A stretch of DNA of 64,000 nucleotides, taken from assembly GCA_003235575.1 (NCBI GenBank), contig QJVW01000128.1, forward strand, positions 34,781-98,780, given 5' to 3'. The notes beneath the pieces are model-generated. The model did no database searches. It saw only the letters and a list, made by a program, of their open reading frames with translations, and was not told the DNA's origin. The stretch is from Candidatus Eiseniibacteriota bacterium. Its GTDB lineage: Bacteria > Eisenbacteria > RBG-16-71-46 > SZUA-252. A program made the position numbers and the translations under genes. Shown here piece by piece: positions 57,929 to 64,000 of the stretch. Numbering within the stretch: position 1 is the stretch's first letter; every line of letters begins with the position of its first letter.

Positions 57929-59275
57929 TTACGTCCCGGCGATCGTCAGTTCGCGGAAGCGGATGCTGGGGGCGCACACCGTGTCGCGGTATTCCAGATC
58001 CCGGCCCACCGCATCGATTCCGAGAAGCATCTCCGTCAGGTTGCCGGCGATGGTCACGCCCTCGACGGCGGCGCCGAGAGTCCCCTTCTCGATCCAGCGG
58101 CCGACGACCTGCTGCGAGTAGCCTCCCGCCACGGTGTCGATTCCAAAGCCCGCGATGCCCGTCACCAGAAGACCGCGCGCCGTCGTGGAAATCATCTTGT
58201 CCAGGGTCGAGGATCCCGGTTCGATGTAGAGGTTGGTCGGCCCTGCCTCCGGCAGCGATCGATAGGTCCGGAACGCGTTTCCGGTGAGGCGGGTGTTCAT
58301 CCGGCGCGCCGTCGTGGCGGTCTGGAGGAATTTGACCAGCCTTCCGCGGTCGACCAGAATGCTCCGCCGCTGCTGGACCCCTTCCCCGTCGAAGGGCCGC
58401 GTGCCCAAGCCCCGCCGGAGGAGCCCGTCGTCGACGATGGTCAGGAGCCGCGACGCGATCGGCTGGTTCACCTTGTCGGCGATGAACGACCGCTGTTCGA
58501 GGACGTTGGCCGCGCTCAACGCCGGCACCAGCCCCGCCAGGAATCGCCCCGCCGCCTCGGCCTCGAAGAGGACCGGAGCGGTGGTCGTCGGAATGGGCGC
58601 CCCCCCGAGTCCGGCCACGGCGCGCTCGGCCGCCTTCCGCCCGATCCGCTCGGGCGTGTTCAGGTCGAGCAGGCTGCGGCGCCGGTCCTCGAACGATCCC
58701 TCGCGCTTCGTTGTTCCGTCGGTGGCGATCGCCGACACGCCGCCCCAGCAGGTGGTCGTGCGAAACGATTGATACGGGATGAAGGAGTTCGTGAAGTGCA
58801 CTTCCCCGACCGCGGCCCCGGCGTGGGCGAGGCGCGTCGATTGAACGCGCTTGTCGGTGGCGAACGCATGATCCTCGGACTTCCGCGCCAGCGCGATCAG
58901 GTCCGCCGTCCGCAGACCGGCCACGGCCTCGTCGTAGATCTCGAGGTCGGAGATCGGGGCCGGCTGCTCGTCGGGCAGCCGATTTTCGTCCCGCGGCGCG
59001 TTCTCGCCGGCCAGGATGATCGTGCGGCGCACCAGTTCATCGAGCACGGTCGGACGCATGTCCGTGGTGAACGAAAATCCCACCTTCGAGTCGACGAAGA
59101 CGCGAACCCCGACACCCTGCATCGCGCTCTGGGTCAGATACTCCACCTCGCCCTGGCGAACGCGCGCTTCGGTGATGTTCGCGATCTCCATGTACGCTTC
59201 GGCTTCCGCGGCGCCGGAGCGCTGCGCCAGGTTCCGGACGCGCTCCAGGATCTCCTGTGGCGAGAGGGTCGCCAT
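57929..59275 (-). CDS. pmbA: PmbA/TldE metalloprotease-family protein
   Basis: Start MATLSPQEIL, residue 294 of the tracked ORF. PmbA_TldD fold. No signal peptide. Confidence 0.75.
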   Translation of the reverse strand: MATLSPQEILERVRNLAQRSGAAEAEAYMEIANITEARVRQGEVEYLTQSAMQGVGVRVFVDSKVGFSFTTDMRPTVLDELVRRTIILAGENAPRDENRLPDEQPAPISDLEIYDEAVAGLRTADLIALARKSEDHAFATDKRVQSTRLAHAGAAVGEVHFTNSFIPYQSFRTTTCWGGVSAIATDGTTKREGSFEDRRRSLLDLNTPERIGRKAAERAVAGLGGAPIPTTTAPVLFEAEAAGRFLAGLVPALSAANVLEQRSFIADKVNQPIASRLLTIVDDGLLRRGLGTRPFDGEGVQQRRSILVDRGRLVKFLQTATTARRMNTRLTGNAFRTYRSLPEAGPTNLYIEPGSSTLDKMISTTARGLLVTGIAGFGIDTVAGGYSQQVVGRWIEKGTLGAAVEGVTIAGNLTEMLLGIDAVGRDLEYRDTVCAPSIRFRELTIAGT

Positions 59276-59277
59276 CG

Positions 59278-60825
59278 TCAGGTCTCGGTTCCGCCGACGG
59301 TGATGGAGGCGAACCGAACGGTCGGCTGTCCGACGCCCACGGGCACGCGCTGCCCGTCCTTCCCGCACGTGCCGCGCGCGTGTTCCACGTAGAGATCGCT
59401 GCCGACGCCTTCGAGGCCCCGCAGCGTCTCGAGCGAATTCCCGATCAGGACGGCGCCGCGGGCGGGCCGCGTGATCGCGCCGTTCTCGATCCAATACCCT
59501 TCGCGCACCGCGAAATTGAAATTGCCGCTGGTCGTGTCCACCGAGCCGCCGCCCAGCATCGCGGCGTAGAAGCCCTTGGTGATGCCGGACAAAAGGGACT
59601 CCGGGTCGCTGGTGCCGCGATCGATGTACGTGTTGCTCATGCGGGGGAGCGGCCGGGATCGATACGACTCGCGCCGACCGTTTCCCGTCGGCGCGCCGCC
59701 CAGCATCGAGGCGCTCTGCCGGTCCAGCAGGTAGGACTGGAGAACGCCCCGGTCCACGAGAACGGTCTTTCGGCTCGGCGTCCCCTCGTCGTCCACCGCG
59801 TAGGAGCCCCGACCGTGCGGGATCCGCGCGTCGTCGACGACCCGCAGCAGCGGCGAGCCGATCGCCGCGCCCTTCTTCCCCGTGAGCAGCGAGGTTTGGC
59901 GGCGGATGCCATCCCCTTCGACCGCGTGCCCCAGCGACTCGTGGATCAGCACGCCGCCCCAGCCCGGGCCGATGACCACCGGCATGGTGCCGGCGGGGGC
60001 CGGGCCCGCCTGAAGGAGTATCAGCGCCTGCTCGGCCGCTTCGCGCGCGACCGTGGCGGGCGTTCGCTGCCGCAGATAGGCCTCGTCCACGCGGCCGCCG
60101 ACGGCGCCGAAGCCGCTGCGTCGCATGGTCCCATCCACGGCGATCGGCACGCATCGGATCGCGAGGAGGTACTGGCGGTCGACGGATAGCGTCCCCTCGG
60201 ACGTCGCCACCAGGACGTCGCGCACCTCGTCCGAGTATTCGACGCGGACGGAGGCGATCCTCGGATCGACGGCCCGCGCCGCGGCGTCCATGCTGCGCAC
60301 CAGGGCGAACTTCGCGGGCTCCGCCATCAGCGGAACCGGGGACGTCAGGGTGAACGGAGCGGAGAGGGCGCGCTTGGTGACGTCGATCGGGGTGACGGGG
60401 CTCTGGTTCTCCACGACGGTCGAGGCGACGCGCGCCGCGTCGAGGAGCGAGGCGAAGGCGATCTCATCGGAGAACGCGTAGCCGGTTTGATGGCGGTGCA
60501 GGACGCGCACCCCCGCGCCGCGCGGGTATCCGTAGGTGACCGATTCCAGCTTGCCGTCGTCGAGAACGATGCGCGTCGTGAACCGCTGCTCGGCGAATAG
60601 GTCGGCGAAGGTGCCCCCGCGCGCGAGCGCCTCGGCGAGAATTCGGTTGCAGGTTTCCAGGTTGAGGATGTCTTCCAGTTCCTGCCCGATGCCCATGATG
60701 GCCGCGTCGGCGTCGCCCGAGCCCGGAATCCAGGGCACACCCGGGGCCCCCGCCAGGATCGCGGCGGAGACGAGCGCGCCGCGGCGAAGAAAAACGCGCC
60801 GGGAAATCGGTTCATCGAGGGGCAT
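59278..60825 (-). CDS. tldD: TldD metalloprotease with a twin-arginine (Tat) signal peptide
   Basis: Start MPLDEPISRRVFLRRGALVSAAILAGAP (Tat motif SRRVFLR). HESLGHAVEGD zinc motif. Confidence 0.8.
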   Translation of the reverse strand: MPLDEPISRRVFLRRGALVSAAILAGAPGVPWIPGSGDADAAIMGIGQELEDILNLETCNRILAEALARGGTFADLFAEQRFTTRIVLDDGKLESVTYGYPRGAGVRVLHRHQTGYAFSDEIAFASLLDAARVASTVVENQSPVTPIDVTKRALSAPFTLTSPVPLMAEPAKFALVRSMDAAARAVDPRIASVRVEYSDEVRDVLVATSEGTLSVDRQYLLAIRCVPIAVDGTMRRSGFGAVGGRVDEAYLRQRTPATVAREAAEQALILLQAGPAPAGTMPVVIGPGWGGVLIHESLGHAVEGDGIRRQTSLLTGKKGAAIGSPLLRVVDDARIPHGRGSYAVDDEGTPSRKTVLVDRGVLQSYLLDRQSASMLGGAPTGNGRRESYRSRPLPRMSNTYIDRGTSDPESLLSGITKGFYAAMLGGGSVDTTSGNFNFAVREGYWIENGAITRPARGAVLIGNSLETLRGLEGVGSDLYVEHARGTCGKDGQRVPVGVGQPTVRFASITVGGTET

Positions 60826-60891
60826 CCTCGGAATCGTGTCAAAATCGGCGGCGGGTTGCAAGGGTGCCGCTCGCGTTGGTAGCATCCCGCC

Positions 60892-61317
60892 ATGGAACGG
60901 CTCCGCAACAAGATCTTCTCCGCCGAGGAGGCGAACAGCCTGCTTCCCTTCTTGGAGCTGGCGCTCGAGTCCCTCGCGGGCATCGCGCGGGAGGCCGCGG
61001 GGCTGCGCCGCGACCTCGACGTGCTCGCCGCGATCGCCGGCAGCGGGGCCAGCGAGGAGAACCCGGACATGCGCCTTCTGCGTGAGAAGGAGGCGGCGCT
61101 GCAAGGGCTCCTCGAGCGCTTCCGGTCCGAGCTCGAGGAAGTGTCCGCGCACGGGTGCATCGTGCGGGACCTCGAGTTGGGCCTCGTCGACTTCTACACC
61201 ATGTCCCAGGGCCGGGTGGTCTGCCTCTGCTGGCGGCGCGGGGAATCGCGAATCGAGCACTGGCACCATCTGAACGAGGGCTTCTCCGGCCGTCGCCCCC
61301 TCTCCGAGCTGATCTGA
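60892..61317 (+). CDS. DUF2203 family protein
   Basis: 141 aa, coiled-coil rich, followed by a conserved C-terminal segment. Confidence 0.5.
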   Translation: MERLRNKIFSAEEANSLLPFLELALESLAGIAREAAGLRRDLDVLAAIAGSGASEENPDMRLLREKEAALQGLLERFRSELEEVSAHGCIVRDLELGLVDFYTMSQGRVVCLCWRRGESRIEHWHHLNEGFSGRRPLSELI

Positions 61318-61346
61318 CGCGCGGCGGGCGCGGCGGTCCACGACCG

Positions 61347-63059
61347 ATGGACAAACGCGACGTCTCCCGCCTCCTCTCCGAAATCGCCGTCCTCCTCGAA
61401 TTGCGGGGCGACAACGCCTTCCGCGTCCGCGCCTACGAGAATGCCGCGCGGGTGATCGATGCGCTGGCCGAGGACCTGGGGGTGCGCGTCGAGGCCGGCA
61501 CGCTGACCGAGCTGAAGGGGATCGGAGAAGCGATCGCCGGGAACATCTCGGAATATTGGCGAACGGGCGCGATGACATTCTACGAAGGGCTGGTGGACGC
61601 CACGCCCCCGGGTTATCTCGAGATGATCCGCATCCCCGGACTGGGCGCGAAGAAAGTGCGCGCGCTGGGCGAGGCGCTCGGCATCACCTCGGTCGCGGCC
61701 CTGAAGCGCGCGGCGGAGAAGGGCGAGATCCGCGATCTAAAGGGGTTCGGCGCCCAGTCCGAGAAGAAGATCCTCAAGGGCATCGCGCTCCTCGAATCGG
61801 GCGCGGGCCGGTTCTTGGCGGGCGCGATCCGGCCCATCGCCGAGAACCTGCTGGACTCGCTGCGCGCCCGCGACGACGTCGAGGCCGCCGAGATCGGGGG
61901 CAGCCTTCGCCGCTGGGCCGAGACGGTGAAGGACGTCGACCTCCTGGTCGCCACGCGGAAGCCGGCCGCCGTCACGAAGGCGTTTCTGGCCCTGGCGCCG
62001 GAGGCGACGGTCATCGCGAGCGGCGAGACGAAGACGTCGGTGCGCCTCGCCTCCGGGCTCGCCATCGACCTGCGGCTGGTCGCGCCGTCCGAATTTCCCT
62101 TCGCGCTCCACTACTTCACGGGAAGCGTCGCGCACAACATCCGGATCCGCGCCCGCGCGCAGGACCGCGGCATGAGCTTGAACGAGTACGCCCTGAGCGG
62201 CAAACGACACGCCGCGGTGAAGACCGAAACGGATCTATTCCGCGTCCTGGGCCTCCCCTACATCGAGCCCGAACTGCGCGAGGACCGGGGCGAAATCGAG
62301 GCCGCCGAAGGCGAGGCGTTGCCACGACTCGTCCGCGAGCAGGACATGCGCGGCATCCTTCACTGCCATACGACGGCGAGCGACGGGAAGTCGACCCTGG
62401 AGGAAATGGGCGCGGCGGCGGCCGCCCGGGGCGCCGAGTACCTCGGCATCGCGGATCACTCCGCGTCGGCGCGCTACGCGAACGGCCTGTCCGAGGCCGA
62501 ACTGAAGCGCCAGGAGAAGGCGATCGACGCGTGGAACGCCTCGTCCGCGACGCTGCGCATCCTGAAAGGCTCGGAGGTGGACATCCTCCCCGACGGGACG
62601 CTCGATTACCCCGATTCGGTCTTGGAGCGGCTCGACTTCGTGGTCGCCTCGATCCACACGAGCTTCGCCATGAGCGACGACGCCATGACGGCGCGCATTA
62701 TCCGCGCGCTCCGCAACAAGTACGTGTCGATCCTGGCCCATCCCACGGGGCGACTCCTCCTGCAGCGCGAGGCATATCGCCTGCACTTGGACGAGGTGCT
62801 CCGCGTGGCCGGCGAGGAGGGGGTCGTGGTGGAGATCAACGCGAATCCCCATCGGCTCGACCTCGACTGGCGCGAAGCGATGGCGGCGCGCGCCCGGGGC
62901 GTACGCTTCGCGGTGAACCCGGACGCCCACCACGTCAGCGGCTACGACGACATCCGGTACGGGATCGGGGTCGCACGAAAGGCCTGGCTCACCCCGAAGG
63001 ACGTCATCAACACGCTCCCCGTCGAGAAGGCGCTGGCGGTGATGCGGGAGCGTCGTTGA
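61347..63059 (+). CDS. polX: Family X DNA polymerase with a C-terminal PHP domain (PolX)
   Basis: Start MDKRDVS. HhH/8-kDa domain, Pol-beta palm (GSLRR...DVDLLV), PHP motifs HCHTTASDG, DHS, NANPHRLD. Confidence 0.8.
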   Translation: MDKRDVSRLLSEIAVLLELRGDNAFRVRAYENAARVIDALAEDLGVRVEAGTLTELKGIGEAIAGNISEYWRTGAMTFYEGLVDATPPGYLEMIRIPGLGAKKVRALGEALGITSVAALKRAAEKGEIRDLKGFGAQSEKKILKGIALLESGAGRFLAGAIRPIAENLLDSLRARDDVEAAEIGGSLRRWAETVKDVDLLVATRKPAAVTKAFLALAPEATVIASGETKTSVRLASGLAIDLRLVAPSEFPFALHYFTGSVAHNIRIRARAQDRGMSLNEYALSGKRHAAVKTETDLFRVLGLPYIEPELREDRGEIEAAEGEALPRLVREQDMRGILHCHTTASDGKSTLEEMGAAAAARGAEYLGIADHSASARYANGLSEAELKRQEKAIDAWNASSATLRILKGSEVDILPDGTLDYPDSVLERLDFVVASIHTSFAMSDDAMTARIIRALRNKYVSILAHPTGRLLLQREAYRLHLDEVLRVAGEEGVVVEINANPHRLDLDWREAMAARARGVRFAVNPDAHHVSGYDDIRYGIGVARKAWLTPKDVINTLPVEKALAVMRERR

Positions 63060-64000
63060 CCCGCCGCGCCGGGAAGCGGCCGGCCGCGCGCAAACCCGCG
63101 CCGCGCGCGACCCGGAAGAAGGCGTCGCCCTCCATCCGCTACTACCCCAACGATCCGGACGCCTCGGTCGGGCTGATCGACGTGCCCCCGCCGACGACGA
63201 TGCCCGGGGAGCCCCCCTACGTCATCGAGGGGCGGCGCTATGCGCCCGCCGCGTACGCGCCGGGCACGCTGGCGTTTCAGCAGTGGCAGGGCGAGGCGTC
63301 GCTTTCGCGGACGATTCGCGTCTGGGAGCAGCTGTTCGATCGCGGCTTCACGGCGTGGCATTCCGGGGCGCCGCTTCGCGTCCGGCTTCGGGCGGGCCAG
63401 GACCTGAACGCGTTCTACGATCGTAAGAGCCTTCAATTCTTCTACGACACGGACCGGCTCACGGGCCGGGCGGTCTACGCGGCGGAGAGCCTGGACATCG
63501 TGGCGCACGAAGCCGGGCATGCCATCCTGGACGTCTACCAACCCGGCTACTGGTCGCTACCGGATCCGGAGACGGCCGCCTTCCACGAGGCGTTCGCCGA
63601 CTGCTCCTCCCTGCTGGTCACGCTCGACGAACCCGCGGTTCGCAGCGCGTTCCTGGCCGAGGCCGGACGGGCCCTTCGATCGAGCAACCTGGTGTCGCGA
63701 CTGGCGGAGGCGCTGGGCCGCGCCATCTACGACAACTACGGGCCCGGTTCGGTGGCCGATCCGACGCGCCTGCGCGACGCGAACAACCGCTTCCGCTACG
63801 ACGATCCGCTTGGGCTGCCGCCTCGCGGCGAGGACAGCACGCTGACGTCCGAACCCCACTCGCTGTCGCGCGTGTTCAGCGGCGCGTTCTACGACCTTCT
63901 CGTCGGACTGCTCGCCGACCGCCTGCGCCGGGAGGGCGGCCCCGAAACCGTGGCCTGGGCGCGGCGGCGGGCCGGACGCCTTCTCGCCCGCGCGGTGGAG
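63056..64000 (+). CDS. Putative secreted Zn-metalloprotease (HExxH), truncated at the window end
   Basis: Open frame from a TTG overlapping the polX stop (a later start is possible) to the window end. Motif VAHEAGHAILD plus downstream AFHEAFAD. Confidence 0.45.
   Translation, partial: MTRRAGKRPAARKPAPRATRKKASPSIRYYPNDPDASVGLIDVPPPTTMPGEPPYVIEGRRYAPAAYAPGTLAFQQWQGEASLSRTIRVWEQLFDRGFTAWHSGAPLRVRLRAGQDLNAFYDRKSLQFFYDTDRLTGRAVYAAESLDIVAHEAGHAILDVYQPGYWSLPDPETAAFHEAFADCSSLLVTLDEPAVRSAFLAEAGRALRSSNLVSRLAEALGRAIYDNYGPGSVADPTRLRDANNRFRYDDPLGLPPRGEDSTLTSEPHSLSRVFSGAFYDLLVGLLADRLRREGGPETVAWARRRAGRLLARAVE

Noticed and set aside
57929-61578. N-terminal extensions of the pmbA (741 aa) and tldD (766 aa) ORFs
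   Set aside because: The extensions are Arg-rich, overlap the neighbouring gene out of frame, and remove the Tat signal context. Internal starts were chosen.

Overview
High-GC (about 70%) bacterial chromosomal segment, densely coding and almost entirely minus-strand for the first 41 kb. An LptD homologue indicates a diderm cell envelope. Main contents, in window order: (1) cysteine/methionine genes: cystathionine gamma-lyase and beta-synthase; (2) a compact type IVa pilus locus: pilB-pilC-pilA, a large DUF2723 GT-C/TPR glycosyltransferase, three pseudopilins, a PilX-like protein fused to a six-bladed NHL beta-propeller, a pilM::pilN fusion, pilO, a small TM protein and a CheY-like regulator, with no pilP/pilQ/pilT in the window; (3) a signal-peptide 5'-nucleotidase-like::tetraheme cytochrome c gene interrupted by one in-frame TGA; (4) HU and an oversized LptD; (5) the tsaE-tsaB-rimI-accD-folC operon; (6) a PorX-like (receiver+PglZ) response regulator with its histidine kinase, then serS; (7) a MacAB-like efflux operon; (8) a split two-gene MetE; (9) Mrp/ApbC, CopA, a 2-oxo-acid dehydrogenase E1alpha/E1beta/E2 set with a thioesterase inserted, and aspartase; (10) an archaic chaperone-usher-like fimbrial cluster with two SCPU pilin paralogs; (11) a radical SAM-metallophosphoesterase-MFS operon, a Tat-signal TldD plus PmbA, PolX and a partial HExxH metalloprotease. 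No CRISPR, tRNA, rRNA, IS or prophage signatures were seen. Many long ORFs antisense to real genes are artefacts of high GC. Where a start codon was chosen inside a tracked ORF its coordinate may be off by 1, because displayed text and the ORF track disagree by one base in places.
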